A stretch of 64,000 nucleotides of DNA, taken from NCBI GenBank assembly GCA_009777515.1, contig WRLR01000003.1:7289-71288 (forward strand), written 5' to 3'. Shown piece by piece: positions 54,697-64,000 of this stretch. The notes below the pieces were generated by a model. That model made no database searches and was not told the origin of the DNA. It was given only the letters and a program-made list of their open reading frames with translations. The DNA comes from Oscillospiraceae bacterium (GTDB taxonomy: Bacteria > Bacillota > Clostridia > WRLR01). Each line of letters begins with the position of its first letter. Positions within the stretch are counted from its first letter, which is position 1. Both the position numbers and the translations under genes were made by a program.

Positions 54697-55830
54697 ATGG
54701 AGATAATGGACAAAATAAGGAAAGAGAGGAAAACGAACAAAATGAACAAATTGGGAAAAATGGGCATAACGATCAAAATGGAGAATAAAAATACCGGCAT
54801 GCGGACGGGGCGGCATATCTCGCGGACGCTTTTGCATGTGCTGGCGCTTTCGCTCGTGTTTGCGTTGTTGGCGGCTTCGCTGGCGGCGTGCGGCGGGCAG
54901 CCCGCGAATGTGACTACAGCGGCGGCTGCGACGACGGTCGCAGCCACGACCGCCGCGCCCGCGACGACTACAGCAGCAACCACAACCGCCGCAGCCACCA
55001 CGACTGCCGCAACCACCACCGCTGCGCCAACGACGACCACGACGACTGCGGCGCCAACGACGACCACGACCACCGAGGCGCCCACAACGGCTGCCGACGC
55101 CCTGACGGACGAAACATGGGAGAGAATACAGCGCGAGGGCAAGTTTATTCTCGGGCTCGACGACTCGTTCCCGCCAATGGGCTACCGCGACGAGAACAAT
55201 GAAATTGTCGGGTTCGACATCGACATGGCGAGGGCGGCCGCAGAGTATTTGGGCGTCGAAGTCGAGTTAAAGCCGGTCATTTGGGACACGGTGCTGCTCA
55301 GCCTGAACAGTGGCGAGATCGACTGCGTCTGGAACGGCATGTCCGTCACAGAAGCGCGCAAACGGGAGATCACATTCAGTAAGTCGTATGTCAACAGCAA
55401 CCAGATAATCGTCACGCTCGTGGGTTCGGATATCATAACGAAAGGCCACCTCGCAGGCGCCATTGTCGGCACGCAGATGGGCAGCTCCACGCTCAACGCG
55501 CTGGACGACGAGCCCGCTGTGCGCGATTCGTTCGCCGAACTCCGCGAATATGCGGATTTCACGCAGGCGATGATGGACTTGAACAACAGGCGCCTGGACG
55601 CAGTAGTCATCGACGGGATAGCGTTTTACGGCGACTTTAACGTCAAAGCCCCCGGCGAGTACACGGTGCTGCAGGAGAATTTCGGCATGGAGGAGATGGC
55701 GATAGGGCTCCGCCAGTCGGACGAGGCCTGGATTGCGAAGATCAACGAGGCGCTCGACTATCTGCGTTCTTCCGGCATAGCCGCAGAAATCAGCATCCGC
55801 TGGTTCGGCGAGGACATATTGATTATTTAG
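54697..55830 (+). CDS. amino-acid ABC transporter substrate-binding lipoprotein (family 3); start uncertain
   Basis: Lipobox LAASLAACGG, Thr/Ala linker, SBP_bac_3-type body (FPPMGYRDENNEIVGFDIDMA). Several in-frame ATGs (54697..54799). Confidence 0.85.
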   Translation: MEIMDKIRKERKTNKMNKLGKMGITIKMENKNTGMRTGRHISRTLLHVLALSLVFALLAASLAACGGQPANVTTAAAATTVAATTAAPATTTAATTTAAATTTAATTTAAPTTTTTTAAPTTTTTTEAPTTAADALTDETWERIQREGKFILGLDDSFPPMGYRDENNEIVGFDIDMARAAAEYLGVEVELKPVIWDTVLLSLNSGEIDCVWNGMSVTEARKREITFSKSYVNSNQIIVTLVGSDIITKGHLAGAIVGTQMGSSTLNALDDEPAVRDSFAELREYADFTQAMMDLNNRRLDAVVIDGIAFYGDFNVKAPGEYTVLQENFGMEEMAIGLRQSDEAWIAKINEALDYLRSSGIAAEISIRWFGEDILII

Positions 55831-55881
55831 TATTAGTTATATATTTTATTCAATTAATTTAATCAACATGCATATTTGCTG

Positions 55882-56532
55882 ATGGATTTATTGCGATATA
55901 TTGCGCGGATTAGTCCGCAAATGCTCGTCGGCGTGGCCGGTACGCTCCAAGTTTATTTTGGCGCGATATTTCCGGCCATGCTGTTGGGCGTTTTTTTTGC
56001 GATTGCCAAAACGGCGGGCCCGCCGCCCCTGCGGGGGCTGCTCAATGTCTACACATGGGCGTGGCGCGGCGTTCCGCTGCTTCTGCAGTTGATGATCATG
56101 AAATATGGGCTGATGCCGCTGCTGGGCGCGCGCGACGATTTTCCGGGCGCGGTGTGGGTGTTCGCGCTCAATATGGGCGCCTACATAACCGAAATAATGC
56201 GCGCGGCCATAACGTCTGTCGACCGGGGGCAGTATGAGGCGTGCCGCGCGCTCGGGATTCCATATTGGCGCATGATGTTCCGCGTCATAATCCCGCAGTC
56301 TATCAGGATCGCGCTGCCGCCGGCCTGCTCGGAAGCCATCAATTTGTTGAAGGATGCGGCTGTGATCTCCATCATCAGCATGCAGGATATCGTGCGCGTT
56401 TCCAATCAAATAACATCGCGCGACAAGACAATTGTTCCATATATTTACGCGTTTGTGATCTACCTGGCGCTGACCAGCATTTTGGTTAAACTGTTCAGCA
56501 TGCTGGAACGGCGCTTTACGGCGTACGACTGA
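55882..56532 (+). CDS. amino-acid ABC transporter permease
   Basis: HisM/GlnP-type 5-TM permease with the loop MRAAITSVDRGQYEACRALGIPYW. Confidence 0.9.
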   Translation: MDLLRYIARISPQMLVGVAGTLQVYFGAIFPAMLLGVFFAIAKTAGPPPLRGLLNVYTWAWRGVPLLLQLMIMKYGLMPLLGARDDFPGAVWVFALNMGAYITEIMRAAITSVDRGQYEACRALGIPYWRMMFRVIIPQSIRIALPPACSEAINLLKDAAVISIISMQDIVRVSNQITSRDKTIVPYIYAFVIYLALTSILVKLFSMLERRFTAYD

Positions 56533-56544
56533 TGATGTGAGGGG

Positions 56545-57243
56545 GTGGTGGAGACAGTGGACGAGTTGGCGCGCCTGCCATTTTGGCCGTATTTGCTGGA
56601 CAAGTTGCCGGCATTGGCCGAGGGCGTTAGAATGTCGTTTATTTTGTATTTTTTGATACTGTTGTTCGCCATTCCGCTCTCCTTCGCCATAGCCATCGCT
56701 AAAACATCGGGACCAAAGCCGGTACGGGCAGCGCTGAACATGTACACTTGGGTGTTCCGGGGCAGCCCGCTGGTGTTGCAATTGAGCGTCGTATACTACG
56801 GGTTCCCGCACATTGGTATTGTATGGACGCCCATTACGGTCGCGCTGGTCGTGTTTTCCCTGTCGTTTGCCGCATACGAAGCCGAAGTCATACGCGGCGG
56901 TATTATCAGCATCGACAAGGGGCAGTACGAGGCGTGCAAAGCGCTTGGGATGAGCTTTTTCCAAACAATGCGACGCGTCGTCGTCCCCCAGGCGATCAGG
57001 CGCGTCCTGCCGCCGACATGCTCAGAGATGATAATTTTGTTTAAGGATCTGTCGCTGGTCACGAGCATTGCGCTGATGGACATGATGAGGACGGCCCAGC
57101 GGATAGTCATCCGTGATTTGCGGATCGACGCGTTCGCGTTTGTGCTCGTCGTATATTTATTGATGGCTTCGTTGCTGGTCATGCTGTTCCGCAAGGTCGA
57201 AAAAAAACTGGTCGACGCGATAGGCCTGGGCAATACGCTGTAG
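56545..57243 (+). CDS. amino-acid ABC transporter permease (second subunit)
   Basis: Paralogous loop IRGGIISIDKGQYEACKALGMSFF. The GTG start choice is uncertain (56545 or 56557). Confidence 0.9.
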   Translation: MVETVDELARLPFWPYLLDKLPALAEGVRMSFILYFLILLFAIPLSFAIAIAKTSGPKPVRAALNMYTWVFRGSPLVLQLSVVYYGFPHIGIVWTPITVALVVFSLSFAAYEAEVIRGGIISIDKGQYEACKALGMSFFQTMRRVVVPQAIRRVLPPTCSEMIILFKDLSLVTSIALMDMMRTAQRIVIRDLRIDAFAFVLVVYLLMASLLVMLFRKVEKKLVDAIGLGNTL

Positions 57244-57275
57244 GGATTCGAATAGTGTTTTAAAGGAGCGAACTA

Positions 57276-58040
57276 TTGGCCGAGACAATGATCAACCTTA
57301 AAAATATCCATAAAAACTTTGGGGCGCTGCGCGTATTGAGCGGGGTCGATCTGTCTGTGGAACGGGGTCAGGTCGTTTCGATTATCGGGCCGTCCGGTTC
57401 TGGTAAGAGCACCGTTTTGAGGTGCGTGAATGGGCTGGAGACAATCGATAGGGGCGTCGTCGAAATTGAAGGCGTCGTTGTGGCTGCCGTTGGCGTGGAT
57501 GGAGTGAAACCGGATTCAAAAGAAAAGATACGGTCTGTTTTATCGAAAACAGGCATGGTTTTTCAGAGTTTTAACTTGTTTCCGCATATGACCTCATTGC
57601 AAAACGTAATGGAGGCCCCGCTGATTGTTAAAAAATTGGGCAAAGCGGCCGCCCGCGAGCTGGGGTTTGAAAAACTCCGTCGCGTCGGGCTGGAAGACAA
57701 GGCCGATGCGTACCCGTCGCGGCTGTCGGGCGGCCAGAAGCAGAGGGTCGCAATAGCAAGGGCGCTCGCGATGGAGCCGGATGTCATGCTATTTGACGAA
57801 CCTACGTCCGCGCTGGATCCGGAGCTTGTCGGCGAGGTGCTGGACGTTATCAAGTCGCTCGCACGGGAACACATGACGATGGTGATCGTGTCGCACGAAA
57901 TGGGGTTCACACGCGAGGTGTCCGATCGCGTCATATTTGTCGATAATGAAATCATAGTGGCGGACAGCCCGCCCGAGGTGTTTTTCAACAACCCCGATCA
58001 CCCGCGCATCGAAGCGTTTTTAGATAAGATGCTCAATTGA
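57276..58040 (+). CDS. amino-acid ABC transporter ATP-binding protein (GlnQ-like)
   Basis: [37 protein letters not shown] start is 7 nt after AAGGAG. Confidence 0.93.
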   Translation: MAETMINLKNIHKNFGALRVLSGVDLSVERGQVVSIIGPSGSGKSTVLRCVNGLETIDRGVVEIEGVVVAAVGVDGVKPDSKEKIRSVLSKTGMVFQSFNLFPHMTSLQNVMEAPLIVKKLGKAAARELGFEKLRRVGLEDKADAYPSRLSGGQKQRVAIARALAMEPDVMLFDEPTSALDPELVGEVLDVIKSLAREHMTMVIVSHEMGFTREVSDRVIFVDNEIIVADSPPEVFFNNPDHPRIEAFLDKMLN

Positions 58041-58084
58041 CATAGTTATTAATATTAATATAAATATTTACGCTTACATATATT

Positions 58085-61000
58085 ATGCCGAACAAAAAGT
58101 GGACGGATGAACAGCTTAACGCAATAAATTACCGTGGCGGCAATTTGTTGGTCGCCGCCGGGGCGGGCTCGGGCAAGACGTCCGTGCTTGTAGAGCGCGT
58201 GCTGCGGCTCATAGGCACCGGGGGCGAGGCTGGCTATGGCGGGGTTGAGAGCGGCGACAGCGAAGCAGGCGGCGAGCGGTTTGTCCTCGACGCTGCGATG
58301 GGGATAGACAGGCTTTTGATTGTCACATTCACGACGGCAGCCGCTGGTGAAATGAAAGAGCGGATAGCGGAGGCCCTCTCCGACAAGCTGGACGCCATTG
58401 AAATGCAGAGCATTGATAATGAAGCCGCCGAGCAGGCGGCATACCTGCGGCAACAGCTCATTTTGTTGGACAACGCGTCCATCAGTACCCTCCATTCTTT
58501 TTGCTACTCGGTCATTAAAGACAATGTAAACTTGATTGACGGACTCGATTCCGGATTTCGCCTGATGGACGACGCCGAGGCGTCGCTGCTTCGCGCGGAT
58601 GCATTGGACGATGTACTGGAGGAACGCTACGCCGATGAGACCAACGCGGCGTTTGCCAATTTGGTCGAAAGCTACGGCATGGGGCGCGACGACAGGAAGG
58701 TCGCGGAGGTCGTTCTGAGGACATACAATTTTACGCAGAGCGCCCCATGGCCGTCGGAGTGGCTTGAAAGAATGACCGAGCGGTTTTGCGTGGATACAAA
58801 AGAAGGCTTCGGCGCGTCCGTCTGGGCGGGCTGTGTCGTGGAATTGCTGGCGGGCGAGCTGGATTCGGTGACGGCCATCCTGCGACGCTATGGCGCTACG
58901 GTACTGGAATGTATAAAAAACGAAGCAAAGCGCGACGAAGCCGCGCACGCCATAGATGGCATATTCGAGCTGTATAACATGTGCTCGGGCGCGGTTGGCG
59001 GCGGCGATGACAGCGGTAGCAGCGGTATCGATGGCAGTAGTGGTAGCAATAGTAATGATGGCGGTGGCTTCGGCGGCGGTATCGGCGACATCGGCGGTGG
59101 CAACGGTACGATAATTGATTGGGAGCGCCTGCGAAGCGCGGCGATGGCGCTGGGCGACATGGCGTGCCTTTGCCCGAGGGCAGCGAGGGGCGAGGACGCC
59201 GCGCGCAAAACGGGGCGCGAGGCCGTAAAAACCGCAGTGCGTAAATTAAAAAACGAATATTTTGATAAATATTTACTGCTGGAATTTTCTGATATTGCCG
59301 ATGAATTCCGGCGATCGCATGCCCTGCTCCGCGAGCTGTCTTCCGTCGTCGACGCTTTCACCCGCCGTTATTCGGAACTTAAGCGCAGCCGCGCCGTCGC
59401 CGATTACAACGACTTGGAACACTTCGCCATCAATATATTAATGAAGCGCGACGCCGCGACAGGCAACTATGTTCCGTCGGAAGCGGCAAACGCCTACAGG
59501 AACAGGTTCGCGGAGGTGTTGGTTGACGAGTACCAGGATATCAATATGGTGCAGGAATATATCATAAAAGCCGTATCGGGCGGCAGGATATTCATGGTCG
59601 GAGACGTCAAGCAAAGCATTTATCGGTTCCGCCAGGCCATGCCGGAAATATTCATGGATAAGTATCGTTCATACGTCAATGTGGGCGCGGGCGCGGGCAC
59701 TGGTGCAGGCGTAGGCGTTGGCGCGGTTGCTGACGCGCCTGTCGCTCCGTCAGTCGCTCCGCCAGGCGTAAAAGCCCTGTTATATGCCAATTTCCGTAGC
59801 GATCGTCATATACTCGACTTTGTAAACACGATATTTGGCTCGATTATGTCAGAAAAGGCCGGCGAGCTCGATTATACGGAGGAAGAGTGGCTGCGGCCCG
59901 GAACGGTTGATCAAGCGCATGGTTTTATCCCCGAACTACATATTATCAGCAAAAAGCCGCCTGTATCGGCTTCTATAAATATGCGCGGCGCTGTTAATTT
60001 CGCGAGCGAAAGCGATGGCCTTGATTCGTCGCATACAGGCGACGATATGGCGGACGGCGCGGCGGAGTCGGGGGACATCGGCAGCGCAGTGCTTGATGAC
60101 TTCGGCAGTGCGGAGCCGTGGAACGTCGATAATGCGGAGCCGGAGGATGTAGAAAGCGTGGAGCTGGAGGACATCGGCAATGCGGAGTTAGAAGCCCGGT
60201 TTGTCGCACAGCAAATATATGAACTTATGCGCGAAGCGCGCCTGCCCGATGCGGGGGGCGGGGAGAGGGCTGTTACGTACGGTGACATAGCCGTGTTGAT
60301 GCGGGCGACAAAGGTGTCCGCGCCCGCGTTCCGCGACGAACTTATCCGGCTTGGCGTCCCTGCGTATACAGATTCCGGGTCTGCATATTTTGAAAAATAC
60401 GAAATATCAGTCATGCTCTCGCTGCTGAGAATCATAGACAATCCGTTGCAAGACATTCCCCTTTTCACAGTTATGCTTTCCCCGATCTTTTCGTTCACGG
60501 CTGAAGAGGCCACAATGATTCGGCGCGCCGCAACACCGCCCGGTGCCGATGCGAAGGCCGTACCAAGAGAGTCCGACACTGGAACCCCTGGCGTCGCTAA
60601 TGCAGAAACCCCTGGCATCGTTAATGCAGAAATCACTGACGCCGCCGATACGGAAACCCCTGGCGCCGCCGACGACGCCCGCAGCGGCGGCGCCCATAAG
60701 CCCCTCTATGATTGCCTTGCAGAAATCGCTTCGCTCCGTTCTTCCGACGCGCATATCATGTTTGACGGTATTGACGGCGCAACGGTAGAAAAAGCGCAAG
60801 CAGCAATAACCGCTCTCGCCCAATGGAGGCGTCTCTCCATAAATAAACCGGTCAGCGCGCTAATATGGGGTTTGATGCACGATACAGGTTTTTATCTGCA
60901 GGCGTGCGCCATGCCCGGCGGGGAGCAGCGCCGCGCGAATCTATTAAAATTATTCGAATATGCGCGAACATATGAACAAATCAGTTACAAGGGCATTTTC

Positions 61001-62605
61001 AGTTTCCTGCGGTTTGTCGACCGCATGATTGAACAGGGCGACGATCTGGCCGAAGCGAGCTTGTTCGGCCAAAACACCGACAGCGTCCGCATAATGAGCA
61101 TACATAAAAGCAAGGGGCTGGAGTTTCCTGTTGTGTTCCTTGCTGGATGCGGAAAATCATTTAATATGAGGGACACAATGAACCAGCTCCTGCTCCACAG
61201 GGACGCTGGTTTTGGGCCGAATTACGTCGATCTTGAGCGGCGCGTCGTCGACGACACCATCGCGAAAAAAGTCATTGCAACAATGATCAGAAACGAGGCT
61301 TTGTCCGAAGAAATGCGTATTTTGTATGTCGCGCTGACACGGGCGAAAAACCGGCTGTATCTGGTTGGAACGCTCGCGAATGCTGACAATTACCGGCGCA
61401 AAATTGATGATCTGTTCGCGCCCTACGGCGACCAGCCCAGCGCCATATCCAAGTTCCCGCCCGCGTTCGCGTTAAAAGCCGATAAGTTTATGTTTTGGAT
61501 ATTATCATCATTGAAATCCCGTCCCGAATTTCCTATATATATGTATGCGGCGAGTGATTTTACGGACGCCGAAGCATATTCGAATGGCGCTTCTGACACG
61601 CCTCAGGATGCGCCGCAAACAGGAGAGCCGCTACCAGATGTTTCGCCAGCGGGCGCGCCAGCGGATGCGCCGCCGTTTGACGGGTTGTTGCCGGACAGGT
61701 TTTATGACGAGCTGGACGCGCAGCTCTCATGGGAATACCCATATAGCTGGCTCTTTGACATACCCAAAAAAGTGACGGTCACCGATATTGTGCAGGCGCG
61801 GTCAGATGCGCGGCGCCACATGGATAGAATTGAAGATAACAACGACGGCATCGAAACAGAAATCAGTCTGTTATCACCCGAGGTTACAGATATTAGCGGA
61901 GACGCGACAACGGGGCAGCGCTTGGACACGCTTGCAATCCCAAAATTTATGATAGGAACCCGCGATTTTACGCGCGCGCAAATAGGGACGTTTACCCATC
62001 TTGTCCTTGAGTGGGCGGATTTTACGCGCGACGCAGAGCCGGACGCGCTGGAGGCGCTGATTGAAGGCCTTGTAGAAAATGGAACCTTGTTACCGGAACA
62101 GGCGGCTGCAGTCGATCGGCGGGCGATATTGAACTTTTTAAATTCTACGCCCGGGAAGCTAGCGGCGGGCGCAGAAAAACTGAACCGCGAAACGATGTTT
62201 ACAGTTAAATTGACGCTGGATGAATATTGGGGGCTGACGCGCCACGCAGGAACCGGATTGCCCATGTTACACGAAACACTAATGTCGCCAAAACTGCACG
62301 AACCGCCGGAGACGCCGGAACTGCACGAGCTGCCAGATTCGCTGGAACCGTCAGAACCGCCGACTGACATGCCTTTTGTACTCATGCAAGGCAGTATCGA
62401 CTGCTGGTTTGAGACTTTGGACGGCATTGTATTAATCGACTATAAAACCGGGTTCACCGCCCAAAAAGACATCTCAAACGAACATGATAGCAAATACAGG
62501 CAGCAAATAGAACTGTATGCGCTGGTGTTAAAAAAGATCACCGGCCAAGACGTCGCCCGCAAGTTCATTTGTATGCTATCGGCAAACAGCTACATTGAAG
62601 TATAA
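58085..62605 (+). CDS. addA: ATP-dependent helicase/nuclease subunit A (AddA/RexA type) with multiple low-complexity insertions
   Basis: UvrD-type motifs AGAGSGKTSVLVERV, DEYQDIN, VGDVKQSIYRFR. C-terminal PD-(D/E)xK nuclease GSIDCWF...VLIDYKTG. 1506 aa. Confidence 0.9.
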   Translation: MPNKKWTDEQLNAINYRGGNLLVAAGAGSGKTSVLVERVLRLIGTGGEAGYGGVESGDSEAGGERFVLDAAMGIDRLLIVTFTTAAAGEMKERIAEALSDKLDAIEMQSIDNEAAEQAAYLRQQLILLDNASISTLHSFCYSVIKDNVNLIDGLDSGFRLMDDAEASLLRADALDDVLEERYADETNAAFANLVESYGMGRDDRKVAEVVLRTYNFTQSAPWPSEWLERMTERFCVDTKEGFGASVWAGCVVELLAGELDSVTAILRRYGATVLECIKNEAKRDEAAHAIDGIFELYNMCSGAVGGGDDSGSSGIDGSSGSNSNDGGGFGGGIGDIGGGNGTIIDWERLRSAAMALGDMACLCPRAARGEDAARKTGREAVKTAVRKLKNEYFDKYLLLEFSDIADEFRRSHALLRELSSVVDAFTRRYSELKRSRAVADYNDLEHFAINILMKRDAATGNYVPSEAANAYRNRFAEVLVDEYQDINMVQEYIIKAVSGGRIFMVGDVKQSIYRFRQAMPEIFMDKYRSYVNVGAGAGTGAGVGVGAVADAPVAPSVAPPGVKALLYANFRSDRHILDFVNTIFGSIMSEKAGELDYTEEEWLRPGTVDQAHGFIPELHIISKKPPVSASINMRGAVNFASESDGLDSSHTGDDMADGAAESGDIGSAVLDDFGSAEPWNVDNAEPEDVESVELEDIGNAELEARFVAQQIYELMREARLPDAGGGERAVTYGDIAVLMRATKVSAPAFRDELIRLGVPAYTDSGSAYFEKYEISVMLSLLRIIDNPLQDIPLFTVMLSPIFSFTAEEATMIRRAATPPGADAKAVPRESDTGTPGVANAETPGIVNAEITDAADTETPGAADDARSGGAHKPLYDCLAEIASLRSSDAHIMFDGIDGATVEKAQAAITALAQWRRLSINKPVSALIWGLMHDTGFYLQACAMPGGEQRRANLLKLFEYARTYEQISYKGIFSFLRFVDRMIEQGDDLAEASLFGQNTDSVRIMSIHKSKGLEFPVVFLAGCGKSFNMRDTMNQLLLHRDAGFGPNYVDLERRVVDDTIAKKVIATMIRNEALSEEMRILYVALTRAKNRLYLVGTLANADNYRRKIDDLFAPYGDQPSAISKFPPAFALKADKFMFWILSSLKSRPEFPIYMYAASDFTDAEAYSNGASDTPQDAPQTGEPLPDVSPAGAPADAPPFDGLLPDRFYDELDAQLSWEYPYSWLFDIPKKVTVTDIVQARSDARRHMDRIEDNNDGIETEISLLSPEVTDISGDATTGQRLDTLAIPKFMIGTRDFTRAQIGTFTHLVLEWADFTRDAEPDALEALIEGLVENGTLLPEQAAAVDRRAILNFLNSTPGKLAAGAEKLNRETMFTVKLTLDEYWGLTRHAGTGLPMLHETLMSPKLHEPPETPELHELPDSLEPSEPPTDMPFVLMQGSIDCWFETLDGIVLIDYKTGFTAQKDISNEHDSKYRQQIELYALVLKKITGQDVARKFICMLSANSYIEV

Positions 62606-62623
62606 ATGAGAGGGAATAATGAA

Positions 62624-63493
62624 ATGAATATTATTGACGCGCATATGCACTTTTCCGACATAGCCTCGTTCCGCGAATGCGGGCTTCGGACTTCCGTCGT
62701 CGAATACTCGGAGGCTGGCTACAAATCGGAGGCGGCAGCCTGCGGCATTGTCCGCTCTATCTGTATGGGGCTGTCCGAGCGCCCGCCGTCTGTGTTTCCG
62801 GACAACGGCGCCGAAACCCCCATGCTGGCCGATCTCTCCGGCGGGCCGCCCCCGCCCGAAATTTTGCTATGCCTCGGAATAAACCCGCACACGTTGACGC
62901 ACGGCGCAATAGATAAGATGGAAGAGGCATTGATCGTCGGTAATAATTGTGGCAATATTGTCGGCATCAAAATTTATGCCGGGTATTACCATTATGATGT
63001 AAACGACCCCATATACGCACCGGCATTTGATTTTGCCGAACGGCATAATCTGCCAGTTGCGATCCATTCGGGCGACACATACTCCGAAAAAGGGAAGCTC
63101 ATCTATTCCCAGCCGCTGAGCATAGACACCCTGGCGGTCGACCGGCCGGACATGCGCATCATCATATGCCACATGGGCGCGCCATGGATATACGACGGCT
63201 GCGAGGTCGCCGGTAAAAACAAAAATGTGTACATGGACCTGTCCGGCCTGCTGGTCGGCGACGCGGCGTTTTTTGAGTCCATGCTACAAAAACAATTGAT
63301 CGTGGATAGATATAAGCAGGCACTTATGATGATGGACGGCTATGACAAGGTGTTGTTCGGCACCGACTGGCCCCTCGCGCCGATGGCGTCGTACATAGAG
63401 TTTTGCAAAGCCCTCGTGCCGCCGGATGCCTATCAAAAGGTCTTTTTCGAAAACGCCCGCTACGTATACAACATAACAGACGGAACCGCATAA
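62624..63493 (+). CDS. amidohydrolase-family (TIM-barrel metal-dependent hydrolase) protein
   Basis: IIDAHMHF N-terminal His-x-His and later HSGD / CHMG / GTDWP ligand motifs. ATG 62624 is 8 nt after GAGAGGGA. Confidence 0.85.
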   Translation: MNIIDAHMHFSDIASFRECGLRTSVVEYSEAGYKSEAAACGIVRSICMGLSERPPSVFPDNGAETPMLADLSGGPPPPEILLCLGINPHTLTHGAIDKMEEALIVGNNCGNIVGIKIYAGYYHYDVNDPIYAPAFDFAERHNLPVAIHSGDTYSEKGKLIYSQPLSIDTLAVDRPDMRIIICHMGAPWIYDGCEVAGKNKNVYMDLSGLLVGDAAFFESMLQKQLIVDRYKQALMMMDGYDKVLFGTDWPLAPMASYIEFCKALVPPDAYQKVFFENARYVYNITDGTA

Positions 63494-63538
63494 CAGACTG
63501 AAAAGCATAACAGACTGAAAAGCATAACAGGCGGAACA
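63488..63538. repeat. ~3 x 17-nt tandem repeat starting across the stop codon
   Basis: gcataacagactgaaaa gcataacagactgaaaa gcataacaggcggaaca. Confidence 0.85.
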
Positions 63539-63576
63539 ATATAGCAAACTGAATATGGTGGCGGGCAGAACAAGAT

Positions 63577-63600
63577 GACAGAAAGCCTTGGTCTGTCTTT
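63577..63600 (+). terminator. possible intrinsic terminator
   Basis: GACAGA-aagccttgg-TCTGTC followed by TTTATT. Confidence 0.45.
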
Positions 63601-63973
63601 ATTCGATTAATGCGTGTCATTTCGCAACAATAGCTGAATCTACCATAAATAACATACATTCCGCTGATGTTAGCTTCTGATGATCTGCTCATAATATTGC
63701 GTTAATATGGAGTATATCAGTATATTCCAGTGTTCTCAAGCAAATTAGCCAGTGACATAAAAATAATGCATCATTTTCACATTAGCGGTATCTAGGTATA
63801 ATTTATGAGATTCCGCTAAAGTGGAAGCGTCATACAAGGTGGTGGATATATGCCTGTCCCATTTGTCTGTGTCCCATTTGTCCCTTGACAGGAAGCGGCA
63901 ATTCAATTAACATAGTCATTACAGCGGCGAAAGCGCGTCAAGCAATGAAATTTATGCTTGGCAACCATATTTT

Positions 63974-64000
63974 GGGGGTGTAGCTCACCTGGGAGAGCGC
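63974..64000 (+). tRNA. 5' part of a tRNA gene (probably tRNA-Ala), truncated by the window end
   Basis: GGGGGTG-TA-GCTC-ACCTGGGA-GAGC-GC gives an acceptor stem with G3, U8 and A9, and a D-arm GCTC/GAGC with a GGGAGAGCGC loop as in bacterial tRNA-Ala. The anticodon is not in the window. Confidence 0.7.

Noticed and set aside
55888-56964. 358-aa minus-strand ORF across the amino-acid ABC permease genes
   Set aside because: It is antisense to two clear permease genes. The sequence is Arg/His/Gln-rich nonsense with no RBS.
63884-63889. TTGACA as the -35 element of the tRNA promoter
   Set aside because: No acceptable -10 hexamer lies 16-18 nt downstream (taacat / aacata). The promoter call is not supported.

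Overview
This 64-kb window is chromosomal DNA from a moderately GC-rich, Clostridia-like Firmicute and spans the replication origin. About 45 CDSs are supported, plus one tRNA that is truncated at the window edge.

Origin region: on the minus strand, dnaA-dnaN-recF-rpmH-rnpA-yidD-yidC-jag-mnmE-mnmG run collinearly from 34.4 kb down to 22.6 kb. rpmH is not in the ORF track and was found by hand. The dnaA-dnaN spacer holds five DnaA-box-like 9-mers and an AT-rich stretch, so it is the likely oriC. A perfect parS consensus sits at 7052..7067 inside a 42-bp palindrome.

Other content:
- A MoxR / DUF58 / large membrane protein module. The membrane protein runs off the left edge, so the ORF track omitted it. 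An opposite-strand nuclease-like gene interrupts the module.
- A sugar-related minus-strand gene group at 7.1-11.5 kb.
- An XRE / ImmA / Y-family polymerase cassette next to MerR and SRAP genes.
- A glycan-utilisation locus: GH29 fucosidase, FGGY kinase, an unusual glycyl-radical enzyme, a sulfatase-like protein, a solute-binding protein, a membrane AraC regulator and two permeases.
- A giant VanW/G5 protein, a DUF5711-like protein and CvpA.
- An amino-acid ABC transporter, a very long AddA with no adjacent AddB, and an amidohydrolase.

Two window-wide oddities stand out. Low-complexity tandem-repeat insertions inflate even core housekeeping proteins (MnmE, RnpA, Jag, YidC, AddA). Short tandem repeats sit at or across many gene termini.

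I saw no CRISPR array, transposase, integrase or rRNA. All functional calls come from motif recognition by eye; no database search was possible.
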